Source of the DNA: Spirosomataceae bacterium
GTDB taxonomy: Bacteria; Bacteroidota; Bacteroidia; Cytophagales; Spirosomataceae
DNA length: 64,000 nucleotides
Direction of reading: 5' to 3'
Assembly (NCBI GenBank): GCA_046296415.1
Contig: JBKBLN010000002.1
Coordinates: 502,370-566,369 of the forward strand
The translations under genes were made by a program, and so were the position numbers. The notes beneath the pieces were generated by a model. The model was not told the DNA's origin. It saw only the letters and a list, made by a program, of their open reading frames with translations, and did not search any database. Shown piece by piece: positions 49,827 to 58,528 of the stretch (position 1 is its first letter; each line of letters starts with the position of its first letter).

Positions 49827-50404
49827 GGAATATCCTTTTGTGTTTGATTTTGTTGGTGCTTATCGGCATCGCTTGGTGGGTCTTACCTACGCCTATTCCT
49901 CCCAAAGAGGTCGGAAAAGTCGTTGATTCTTGGCAACAGGTACCCATTTATTCCAATGGACCGCATGTCCATGATACCCATGGAAAAAGTACAGCGAAAG
50001 ATGGCTATGTGTATGGTTGGAAGTACCAATGCGTGGAATGGATTAAACGATTTTATGACCAGCGCCTCCAGCATCGCATGCCCGATGGAAGCGGGAATGC
50101 GCAAGACTTCTGGTCAGAAACCATATCTGATGGGCAATTCAATGCCAGGCGGGGCTTGATTCAATTCAATGTACCTAGCCAATGGCTTCCCCAAAGGAAC
50201 GACATCCTGGTATTTCGATTCAAACCATATGGACATGTAGCCCTCGTAACCGATGTCTCAAAGAATCGCGTGTTCATTAGGCAACAAAATGTACCCGGCG
50301 CAACCCGAGATACCCTGTATTTACAATTTCACCAAAATTACGTACGTTTCACCGACCCCCGAATTGTAGGTTGGTTACGACACCCGAGAAACCATGTATT
50401 TTGA
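49823..50404 (+). CDS. Membrane-anchored CHAP-domain protein (cysteine amidase/peptidase fold)
   Basis: N-terminal TM anchor. Catalytic Cys context GWKYQCVEWIKRFY and His context YGHVALVTDV. ATGA overlap with the ROK gene. Confidence 0.7.
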   Translation: MRNILLCLILLVLIGIAWWVLPTPIPPKEVGKVVDSWQQVPIYSNGPHVHDTHGKSTAKDGYVYGWKYQCVEWIKRFYDQRLQHRMPDGSGNAQDFWSETISDGQFNARRGLIQFNVPSQWLPQRNDILVFRFKPYGHVALVTDVSKNRVFIRQQNVPGATRDTLYLQFHQNYVRFTDPRIVGWLRHPRNHVF

Positions 50405-50948
50405 ACAAACTTTTGAACGAATCACAGAAATTCCTAAAGGGGAATTTGAACAATGTCGGTTCCACCAATGTCAACTGCCAGAATTCCATTTCAGCCGGTC
50501 CACTTTCGTTGCCTGCGTTTTTGAACATTGTAACCTGAATCTGATCCATGTTCAAGACACCAAATTTCAAGATTGTGTGTTTCTTGATTGCCAAATGATG
50601 GGGATTGCATTTGAAAAAGCATATCGAGTCGGAATGGAACTTGCCTTTGAACGATGTCAACTTGACCACAGCTCATTTGTAGGACTTACCTTGCCCAAGA
50701 CCCGTTGGGTGGATTGCCGTCTTTCAGGTGTTGACTTTTCCAAGGCAGACCTTCGTGAGTCCGACTTTTCAGGATCGACTCTGGCACAAGCACAGTTTTT
50801 CCAAACTCGATTGGACAAAGCCGATTTACGTTCAGCCCTCGATTTTCAGATCCCGACGCAAACCAACTCCCTTAAAAAAACAAAAATTTGCGTATCGGGT
50901 CTTCCCGGTTTGCTCACAGAAGTGGGACTTCAAATTTTTCCAGGCTAA
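50394..50948 (+). CDS. Pentapeptide-repeat protein
   Basis: Tandem A(D/N)LXX-type pentapeptide repeats throughout (e.g. CRLSGVDFSKADLRESDFSGSTLAQAQFFQTRLDKADLRSA). Overlaps the CHAP gene by 11 nt. Confidence 0.8.
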   Translation: MYFEQTFERITEIPKGEFEQCRFHQCQLPEFHFSRSTFVACVFEHCNLNLIHVQDTKFQDCVFLDCQMMGIAFEKAYRVGMELAFERCQLDHSSFVGLTLPKTRWVDCRLSGVDFSKADLRESDFSGSTLAQAQFFQTRLDKADLRSALDFQIPTQTNSLKKTKICVSGLPGLLTEVGLQIFPG

Positions 50949-50954
50949 AATATC

Positions 50955-50962
50955 TATCTTTG
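50955..50962 (+). promoter_or_regulatory. Candidate -7 promoter box TATCTTTG
   Basis: Exact consensus ending 28 nt before ATG 50991. Confidence 0.45.
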
Positions 50963-50990
50963 TCAACGTATCATTCAACCCAACAATACC

Positions 50991-51962
50991 ATGCAATACC
51001 GACGTTTTGGACGTACCGATTGGCCTGTCAGTGAAATAGGCTATGGCATGTGGGGACTTGCCGGCTGGACAGGTTCCGACATCGAAGAGGTAAATCTTTC
51101 ATTGGATGAAGCTGTGGCCCAAGGGGTGACCTTTTTTGACACCGCCTGGGGCTACGGAGCAGGAAAATCAGAGGAAATCCTGGGGAATTTAATTCGCCGT
51201 CATCCACAAAAGAAATTATATTACGGAACCAAAATCCCTCCCAAAAATTTTATTTGGCCATCCAAATCCCACTTTACCTTGGAAGAGTGCTTTCCCTATG
51301 AGCACATCATCGAGTACACCGAAAAGAGTTTACGGAATTTAGGGGTGGAATGCATGGATCTTCAACAGTTTCATGTTTGGGAAGATGCTTGGGCTGACCA
51401 TGAAGACTGGCAGAAGGCGGTGGAAAAATTAAAGAAAGATGGAAAAGTACAGCATTTTGGGATTTCAGTGAATCGTTGGGAACCCAATAACGTATTGAAT
51501 ACCCTTAAGACTGGCCACATCGATGCCGTTCAAGTGATCTACAATATTTTTGATCAAGCCCCGGAGGATCAACTCTTTCCCCTTTGCCGAGAATTGGACA
51601 TTGCCACCATCGCTCGTGTACCCTTCGATGAGGGAACGCTGACTGGACTTTTGACCAAGGAGACCACCTTTCCTGCAGACGATTGGCGGTCTACTTATTT
51701 TGTTCCGGAAAATTTGCATTCCAGTGTCGACCATGCTGAGGCCTTACGCCCTACCATTCCTAGTGGAATGACCATGCCAGAACTTGCTCTACGATTTATT
51801 TTAGCGAATGATGATGTGGATACTATCATCCCCGGTATGCGAAAAATCAAGCATGTACAAGCCAATACAGCCGTGAGTGATGGAACCAAACTACCGGCTT
51901 CCCTGCTTGCCGAATTGAAGGGGCATCGCTGGGACCGCATCCCAACCTCTTGGAGTCAATAA
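50991..51962 (+). CDS. Aldo/keto reductase
   Basis: GYGMWGL, FFDTAWGYG.G.SE and GISV motifs. 323 aa. Confidence 0.9.
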   Translation: MQYRRFGRTDWPVSEIGYGMWGLAGWTGSDIEEVNLSLDEAVAQGVTFFDTAWGYGAGKSEEILGNLIRRHPQKKLYYGTKIPPKNFIWPSKSHFTLEECFPYEHIIEYTEKSLRNLGVECMDLQQFHVWEDAWADHEDWQKAVEKLKKDGKVQHFGISVNRWEPNNVLNTLKTGHIDAVQVIYNIFDQAPEDQLFPLCRELDIATIARVPFDEGTLTGLLTKETTFPADDWRSTYFVPENLHSSVDHAEALRPTIPSGMTMPELALRFILANDDVDTIIPGMRKIKHVQANTAVSDGTKLPASLLAELKGHRWDRIPTSWSQ

Positions 51963-51998
51963 AAATGAAACCCCGGTTTTCCAACCGGGGTTTCATTT
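51963..51998. terminator. Bidirectional Rho-independent terminator between the AKR gene (+) and the S10 peptidase gene (-)
   Basis: 16-bp perfect arms AAATGAAACCCCGGTT / AACCGGGGTTTCATTT with a TTCC loop. Confidence 0.85.
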
Positions 51999-52019
51999 TA
52001 TATGTCCATTTGAAATGGC

Positions 52020-53582
52020 TTATTTTTTTAATTCATATTTGGCTGGTGTACCAAAGGTAGGCAAGCTTTTCGAAATAAAGACACGCAAATCTTCATTCGA
52101 TTTTTGCAGATCCTCTCGCCGTAAATACATCATATGTCCCGACTTATACCCTTCCCATGACATCCGACTTTGGAATTTACCCCCTGGATCCATTTGCCAC
52201 ATATTGTATTTGGCATTGAAATAATCACACGCTCCATCATAATAGCCTGATTGAACCAGCACGTGTAAATATGGGTTTTCCGCCATTGCCAATCGCAAAC
52301 TTTCGCCCGTCCGATCATTGGAGCGATCCCAAGGATTTACGGGGCCAAACATATTGTATTGGAGATCGGTCTTAAATTTAAGTTCTTCTCTCAAATACAT
52401 GTTTATAGGAGGAGTGAAGGAATGCAACCAGGAGGTTAACTCGGAATTATAATCAGGTGTCTCACCTGCATCCCGCTTGTCGATTCCTAGGTAGCGAGAA
52501 TCCAATCGGCCTACAGTGTATCCCTTATCACGGAGAAGTTCTTTCCAGAAAAGATTTAAGGAAATCTCCATGTTGTTTTGGAGGATCACTTTTTCCGACA
52601 AGCCGGAGTAGCGGGCCATTTGTTTGGCAATCTGGGTACGTTCTTCGGACGATAGACTTCCTCCTTTGGCCACGGCCGGCATTAAAACATCCACTGTAAA
52701 CTTCTCGACTTCTGGCAACATAGCCTCCAGTGTCTTATTCTGTAAAGACGGCTCCAAAACTTTATGGTGCCAGGCAGTTGCCGCAAAATAAGGTAAACGC
52801 AAAGCGATAGCAGCTGGACCATCGCGTTTGATACCCAAATCGGTTGGAGAAACCAAAACGACACCATTCAAGTACATCCAGTGACTATTTTGAAGTTCCA
52901 AGGCTAAACCCGACACACGAGTCGTTCCATAGCTTTCACCAATCAAATACTTGGGAGAAGCCCAACGATTCATCCGCGTCACGAAGGTATCCACCCAATT
53001 GGCCAAATATTTAATGTCGGCATTGATGCCGAAGAAAAACGATTTAGGAGTATCTTTTTTAACAATGCGTGAGAACCCGGTATTCACAGGATCCACAAAA
53101 ACAATGTCCGCTACATCCAAAACAGAATAAGGATTATCGGCCATGCCATACGGTTGAACGGGATAACCTTCATCATCAATTTTTAGAATACGGGGTCCCG
53201 TATACGCAATGTGCATCCAAACGGATGCCGAACCAGGTCCCCCATTAAAGGAGATGATCAAAGGTCTTTCGGCTCTATTTTTTACATCCGTGCGCTCATA
53301 ATAGGTAAAGAAAACGCCAGCCACCACATCGCCGGCCTCGTCCCAAACAGGCATGGTCCCTGTTACCGTTTTATAGGGTACCTTTTGCCCTTTGATGGTC
53401 ACCTCATTTCCGCCCACGATTTGCATATCAGGGTCCAATGTGAGCGATTGAGCTGATTTTTTCTTTTCTTCTACCAAGGCAGGCTTTGGAGCCTCGGGTT
53501 TGGCAGGGACCGGTTTTTGTTGCGCCTCGACCTGGCTCATCCATGCCAGAGTTAAAGCCAACAGAACGTGTTTTTTGTTCAT
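52020..53582 (-). CDS. Peptidase S10 (serine carboxypeptidase) family, secreted
   Basis: Signal peptide, NGGPGSAS oxyanion region, nucleophile motif GESYG. Confidence 0.8.
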   Translation of the reverse strand: MNKKHVLLALTLAWMSQVEAQQKPVPAKPEAPKPALVEEKKKSAQSLTLDPDMQIVGGNEVTIKGQKVPYKTVTGTMPVWDEAGDVVAGVFFTYYERTDVKNRAERPLIISFNGGPGSASVWMHIAYTGPRILKIDDEGYPVQPYGMADNPYSVLDVADIVFVDPVNTGFSRIVKKDTPKSFFFGINADIKYLANWVDTFVTRMNRWASPKYLIGESYGTTRVSGLALELQNSHWMYLNGVVLVSPTDLGIKRDGPAAIALRLPYFAATAWHHKVLEPSLQNKTLEAMLPEVEKFTVDVLMPAVAKGGSLSSEERTQIAKQMARYSGLSEKVILQNNMEISLNLFWKELLRDKGYTVGRLDSRYLGIDKRDAGETPDYNSELTSWLHSFTPPINMYLREELKFKTDLQYNMFGPVNPWDRSNDRTGESLRLAMAENPYLHVLVQSGYYDGACDYFNAKYNMWQMDPGGKFQSRMSWEGYKSGHMMYLRREDLQKSNEDLRVFISKSLPTFGTPAKYELKK

Positions 53583-53693
53583 AGTTTAGAATCGTGTTGA
53601 AATGTTCTAGTAGGCAAGTTAGGAAAAAAAATAGCCAAATAAACACGAGTCAGATCAAAGGATTTTTTTTAGCGACAGCCGAAAAATCAAGAA

Positions 53694-53727
53694 AAAGGTC
53701 CCGCCCCTTGACAGAGACAGGACCTTT
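53694..53727 (-). terminator. Weak candidate terminator after the peroxiredoxin gene
   Basis: 8-bp stem AAAGGTCC / GGACCTTT with a large 18-nt loop and a T-rich tail on the minus strand. Confidence 0.3.
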
Positions 53728-53750
53728 GGTCCCAGGAACAGAACAATCCC

Positions 53751-54386
53751 TTATTTATTGGGTTGTGGTGTATACCTCAAATAAGGCTTCACTTCTTTTA
53801 TTCCTTTCGGAAATTTCTGGATAGCATCGGCGGTTGAAATACTGGGTACCACAATGGTGTCATCTCCGTCCTGCCAGTCTGCTGGCGTTGCCACACTGTA
53901 TTCCGAGGTCAGCTGCAAGGAGTCAATCACCCGTAATAGTTCATGAAAATTACGACCGGTAGAGGCCGGGTAAGTTAGCGTGAGTTTAATTTTTTTATCT
54001 GGCCCAATGATAAAAACCGAGCGAACAGTGGCTTTTTCAGAGGCATTGGGATGAATCATATCGTACAACGTGGCCACTTGGCGGTCCGCATCGGCAATAA
54101 TTGGAAAATTTAACTTAACCCCATTTACCTCTTCGATATCAGGTACCCACCGGTGATGGGAATCTAGATCATCCACGGATACAGCAATTACCTTGACACC
54201 TTTTTTCTCAAATTCTCCTTTCAATAAGGCTGTTTTCCCTAGTTCGGTGGTACAAACCGGGGTGAAATCAGCAGGATGTGAAAATAACATTCCCCAAGAA
54301 TTACCTAACCATGCATGAAATTGGATGCTCCCTTCGGTAGTTTCAGCCGTAAAATCGGGGGCAATATCGCCTAATCGTAGTGACAT
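53751..54386 (-). CDS. 1-Cys peroxiredoxin (Prx6 subfamily)
   Basis: LFSHPADFTPVCTTE peroxidatic-Cys motif. 211 aa with the Prx6-type C-terminal domain. Confidence 0.9.
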   Translation of the reverse strand: MSLRLGDIAPDFTAETTEGSIQFHAWLGNSWGMLFSHPADFTPVCTTELGKTALLKGEFEKKGVKVIAVSVDDLDSHHRWVPDIEEVNGVKLNFPIIADADRQVATLYDMIHPNASEKATVRSVFIIGPDKKIKLTLTYPASTGRNFHELLRVIDSLQLTSEYSVATPADWQDGDDTIVVPSISTADAIQKFPKGIKEVKPYLRYTPQPNK

Positions 54387-54493
54387 AACGTAACCATTTA
54401 AGTTATAAACTATTTAATCTACAAACTTTATAGTCTTTTAGTTCCTTTTCGGGGAGAAAAGAAAGAAAATATGGGAATGCAGGCGAAAACTTT

Positions 54494-54501
54494 TATTTTT
54501 G
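54494..54501 (+). promoter_or_regulatory. Candidate -7 promoter box TATTTTTG for the five-gene ABC operon
   Basis: Exact consensus ending 21 nt before ATG 54523. Confidence 0.45.
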
Positions 54502-54522
54502 TCGAAACCCTAATCCACCCCT

Positions 54523-55149
54523 ATGCTGGAAACTAGCACCTTGACATTTGCTTACCCCAATGGGAAGTTATTTCAATTTGAGCCTCTCTCCTACCAAGAA
54601 AAGGAAGATTTACTAATTCTGGGTAAATCAGGTACGGGCAAGACCACACTATTGCACTTATTGGCTTTATTGCATTCTCCTCAGAATGGATTTATTCGGA
54701 TTGACGGGATCGAAACAAATCAGTTGGATCCTCGTTCCTTGGTTCGATTTCGAGCAGAAAAGATTGGTATGATTTTCCAAAAGTCTCATTTGGTCAATTC
54801 CCTTTCTGTTTTAGACAATTTACTGGTAGCCAACTATTTTGGTGGAAAAAATCTTCATCTGGAAAGGGCTCAGTTTTTAGCCGAACAGCTTCAAATACAG
54901 GATCTTTTGAGTAAGCGAGTGACCTCGCTATCGGGTGGTGAACAACAACGTGTATGCATTGCGCGGGCATTGATGAACGAACCCCGGCTCATCCTTGCCG
55001 ATGAGCCGACCTCCAGCCTCGACGACGACAATTGTGCACGGGTGGTTGAGTTATTGCAAACTCAAGCAAAAAAAATTGGTGCGGCCTTGGTTATAGTAAC
55101 CCATGATGCCCGCATCAAGCAGTTAATTCCACATCACATTGAACTATAA
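54523..55149 (+). CDS. ABC transporter ATP-binding protein (MacB/LolD-type)
   Basis: Walker [10 protein letters not shown], signature LSGGEQQR, Walker B LILADEPT. Confidence 0.9.
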   Translation: MLETSTLTFAYPNGKLFQFEPLSYQEKEDLLILGKSGTGKTTLLHLLALLHSPQNGFIRIDGIETNQLDPRSLVRFRAEKIGMIFQKSHLVNSLSVLDNLLVANYFGGKNLHLERAQFLAEQLQIQDLLSKRVTSLSGGEQQRVCIARALMNEPRLILADEPTSSLDDDNCARVVELLQTQAKKIGAALVIVTHDARIKQLIPHHIEL

Positions 55150-55155
55150 ATTGCT

Positions 55156-56328
55156 ATGTTAATTAAAATTGCCTGGAAAAATATTGTTGCCAAGCCACTC
55201 AGTAGTTTTTTATGTGTATTGCTCATGATGTTTGGAATCGCCATTATTTCCCTCGTCATGCAAATAGGCAACCAACTGGAAGCAAAGTTTAGCAAGAATA
55301 TATCTGGAATTGATATGGTCGTAGGGGCCAAAGGAAGTCCGCTTCAACTTATTTTATCAAGTGTCTTTCAAATTGACGCACCCACGGGAAACATCTCACT
55401 GGAGGAAGCCTCCGCCATGTCGAAAAATCCAATGATTAAAACGTTTATCCCGCTTTCTATGGGAGATAGCTACATGGGGTATCGTATCGTAGGTACAAAC
55501 GCACGGTATGCAAAACACTTTGATGCCCAATTGGCCGAAGGTCGGGATTTTCAATCGCCATTGGAAGTGGTACTTGGCGCTGAGGTTGCTGCAAAAACCG
55601 GATTAAAGGTAGGCGATACCTTCGCTAGCTCACATGGTTTAGATGGAGAGGGTGAAACCCACGATCATAGCTTATTCCGTGTGGTTGGGATTTGGAAACC
55701 CAATCAGTCGGTACTGGATAATGTGGTGGTTACCTCGTTACAATCTGTCTGGATGGTGCATGCCCACGGAGGGGAGATGGTCACGGAGGATATCACGGCA
55801 GCTTTGATTCAATTTCGATCTCCGATGGGTTTAATGACCATCCCAAGAAATATCAATGCCAATTCTCGCATGCAAGCAGCATTGCCTGCGATCGAGATCA
55901 ATCGTTTGTTTGCACTTTTGGGTGTGGGGATCTCTACCTTAACTTACCTAGCATGGGCGATCATGATTATTTCGGGAATCAGTGTATTCATCTCACTGTA
56001 CAATGCACTCAAAGAAAGGAAATTTGAACTTGCCCTACTTTTATCAATGGGCGCCACGCGTACCAAATTATTTTTGACTTTATTGTTCGAGGGATTGATA
56101 CTGGTAGGTGCAGGCGCATTTCTCGGTCTACTCATTAGCCGAATTGGACTGTTGGTACTCACCCAGACCGTAGAATCCAACCTTCGGATGACCTTGGAGG
56201 CCCAAACTTTATTACCTCAGGAATGGTATTTATTAGGGGGCGCCTTGGTGCTAGGAATTCTAGCCTCCATACTACCTTCATTCGGTGTGTACCGACTGAA
56301 TATTTCCAATACCCTCGCCGAGGAGTAA
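55156..56328 (+). CDS. ABC transporter permease, FtsX/MacB-type (4 TM with large periplasmic domain)
   Basis: TM1, ~220-aa extracytoplasmic domain, then three C-terminal TM helices with an FtsX-like region (LLSMGATRTKLFLTLLFEGLIL). Confidence 0.85.
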   Translation: MLIKIAWKNIVAKPLSSFLCVLLMMFGIAIISLVMQIGNQLEAKFSKNISGIDMVVGAKGSPLQLILSSVFQIDAPTGNISLEEASAMSKNPMIKTFIPLSMGDSYMGYRIVGTNARYAKHFDAQLAEGRDFQSPLEVVLGAEVAAKTGLKVGDTFASSHGLDGEGETHDHSLFRVVGIWKPNQSVLDNVVVTSLQSVWMVHAHGGEMVTEDITAALIQFRSPMGLMTIPRNINANSRMQAALPAIEINRLFALLGVGISTLTYLAWAIMIISGISVFISLYNALKERKFELALLLSMGATRTKLFLTLLFEGLILVGAGAFLGLLISRIGLLVLTQTVESNLRMTLEAQTLLPQEWYLLGGALVLGILASILPSFGVYRLNISNTLAEE

Positions 56329-56366
56329 CTTTTTTTTACATTTGAACTTTGAAACACCTTATCAAC

Positions 56367-56807
56367 ATGAGAACCACCTTCCTTTTTTTGTTTTTGTTAG
56401 CTCCATGCCTTGTTCATGCTGTCGATCCTCCACGGAAAATTAGCTGGGAATTACTTCGAGATGTCACCTTCAAAAAAAAGTGGAATGCGGATGAAGGCAT
56501 GTTCATCCTCGAACCTCAATTTGGTTCTAAGGTAAAGGAAATTCAATCCAAAGAAGTTGCCATTACTGGGTATATGATACCCGTTGATATTGATGCAAAT
56601 TATTACGTTTTATCAGCGAATCCGTTTGCCTCTTGCTTCTTTTGTGGTCAAGCTGGGCCAGAATCTGTCGTATCCATCAAATTTAAAGGTGTCAATCGTC
56701 GTTTTAATACGGATGACCGAGTGACCATCAAAGGAAAGTTCCGTTTAAATGCTACGGATATTAATGAATTGAATTACATATTAGATCAAGCCGAACTGGC
56801 ACAATAA
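56367..56807 (+). CDS. DUF3299-like secreted protein
   Basis: Signal peptide. The layout V.ITGYMIPVD...YVLSANPFASCFFCGQAGPESVVSI matches the DUF3299 pattern as I recall it (GFMVP...FLL....C.H.PPPP.NQ.V.V), but with a CFFCG variant. Confidence 0.5.
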   Translation: MRTTFLFLFLLAPCLVHAVDPPRKISWELLRDVTFKKKWNADEGMFILEPQFGSKVKEIQSKEVAITGYMIPVDIDANYYVLSANPFASCFFCGQAGPESVVSIKFKGVNRRFNTDDRVTIKGKFRLNATDINELNYILDQAELAQ

Positions 56808-56810
56808 CGC

Positions 56811-57347
56811 ATGAGAAAATCGGTTCTACTTTCTATTTTTTTACTATTGGCCGGAGCAACCCAGGCCCAATACGAACGCAATTGGGCACTTGGATTACGA
56901 GTGGGCGAGCCAGTTGGTATAAACATCCGAAAGTATTTTTCGGAAGGTGAAAAAGCGTTTGATGTAAATGTGGGAACGTATGGTTTTCTTTATGGACGTG
57001 AACGACGTTATTTGAAGGGCGATTATCGTTCAGCAGGTCTCATGATTCAAGGGATTTATTCTTGGCATCATGCCTTATTTAACAGGGAAGCCCTTCATGT
57101 GTATTATGGGTTTGGGGGACAAATTAACCAGCGAAACCATTTCCCAGATAGCCGAATTGGGCAACGAGACGACTCTGAGCAGAAACTTTCCCTAGGACCA
57201 GCCGGGGCGGTCGGAATAGAATATAAATTACCCAACAATGATATTGGTGTTTTCCTCGATGCGGGAGGCTATGTCGAACTCCTACCGGCTCCCTTTTTCA
57301 CGAACCTCCAAATCAGTGGTGGGATTCGATTAAATCTATTGAAATGA
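56811..57347 (+). CDS. Small outer-membrane beta-barrel-like protein (function unknown)
   Basis: Signal peptide MRKSVLLSIFLLLAGATQAQ, alternating beta-strand pattern, Gly/aromatic girdle residues. Confidence 0.45.
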   Translation: MRKSVLLSIFLLLAGATQAQYERNWALGLRVGEPVGINIRKYFSEGEKAFDVNVGTYGFLYGRERRYLKGDYRSAGLMIQGIYSWHHALFNREALHVYYGFGGQINQRNHFPDSRIGQRDDSEQKLSLGPAGAVGIEYKLPNNDIGVFLDAGGYVELLPAPFFTNLQISGGIRLNLLK

Positions 57348-57637
57348 GTGATATTCTATCCATTTTTCGAAAAATTGCGTTCCTAGAGGGATGTTCATTT
57401 CTCGCTTTAGGCATCACCATGCCGCTAAAATATAAGTTTGACATGCCGACACCCAATTACTGGGTGGGGATGATCCACGGGGCACTTTTTATTGCGTATG
57501 TGATTCTGCTGCTTTGGGTCTGGAAAAAGTATCGATGGAAGTTTAGTCTAGTTTTTTGGTCTGGCCTAGCTAGCCTAATTCCTTTCGGTACTTTTATAGC
57601 CGATAAACTAATTTTCCACCCGGCGGCGAAGAAATAA
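57344..57637 (+). CDS. DUF3817-family small integral membrane protein
   Basis: 97 aa, 3 TM helices. The F..IA.LEG.S.L.L...MPLKY... pattern is typical of DUF3817. ATGA overlap with the upstream gene. Confidence 0.6.
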   Translation: MSDILSIFRKIAFLEGCSFLALGITMPLKYKFDMPTPNYWVGMIHGALFIAYVILLLWVWKKYRWKFSLVFWSGLASLIPFGTFIADKLIFHPAAKK

Positions 57638-58528
57638 GAAATCCATTACTTCCCCGTGGGGTGCCGTTAATAAGGCTATTCCGATAAACAAGACAGGCCA
57701 AAGAAGTTCAGGATGATTGAAGTACCAAAAGATACCGATCAAAGCAAAAATTCCAACCAAAGCGATCAACGAAAAGGGGATCGCTTTTTTGCTTAATTGA
57801 ATCCAACTAAAGCCCATGAAATTCTTCAACTCCATGAATGTTAAAATAGCATGCCAACAGCAGAAATACACAGCAAATCCCATCAATAAGGGAAGACGCC
57901 AAAGGATTAACCACCACACCAGGAGTATCGAAATGCTATGCTGAGCAGCTTTCCACTGGTTGGTAATGGCGCCTAACCACAACAGGCCAATCAAGATCGT
58001 GGTTATGCCCATGGCCTCGATGACCCCCTCATGGGATACAAGAAACCGATACAGAGTATCCCAGCCATGCACGAATGGAAACTGATGCAAAATTGTATTT
58101 ACTTCCTCCAAATGAGTTAAAAATAGGCCACCCAGAATGCTTACCCCATAGGCAAAGGCAAAAACTCGATACAATGTTTGGTGAGGCCATTTAAAATATT
58201 GTAGATCAATTTCACCAAAGTGAAGTGCCGATAGACAAATGAAACCTAATAGACCTAGTACCGGGGAAATCAACCAAATCAAACCAAAAATAACCATTCT
58301 ACCCAGGTACTTGACCAAAAAAGACAGAATGGAAAAAGGTTGATTTAAATCTTGGGCCGATTTTTTAGCGACCAAATGATCCAATCCCCCATGTGGAATT
58401 CCGGTCACCCAAACACCCACCAATAGGAAGCCGATCACCTGCATTTCCTCAAAGCCGATCCACTCAGACCAAGCCAAAATAAGAAGTGGCAAGATAATCA
58501 AAATATAATATTTAGTATACGCTCCCAT
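57608..58528 (-). CDS. blh: Brp/Blh-family beta-carotene 15,15'-dioxygenase-like membrane protein
   Basis: Polytopic ~300-aa protein with GIPHGGLDH, LSALHFGEID, YFCCWHA and LLTAPHGE motifs, collinear with characterised Blh. Start uncertain (58528, or Met at 58444). Confidence 0.7.
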   Translation of the reverse strand: MGAYTKYYILIILPLLILAWSEWIGFEEMQVIGFLLVGVWVTGIPHGGLDHLVAKKSAQDLNQPFSILSFLVKYLGRMVIFGLIWLISPVLGLLGFICLSALHFGEIDLQYFKWPHQTLYRVFAFAYGVSILGGLFLTHLEEVNTILHQFPFVHGWDTLYRFLVSHEGVIEAMGITTILIGLLWLGAITNQWKAAQHSISILLVWWLILWRLPLLMGFAVYFCCWHAILTFMELKNFMGFSWIQLSKKAIPFSLIALVGIFALIGIFWYFNHPELLWPVLFIGIALLTAPHGEVMDFLFLRRRVEN

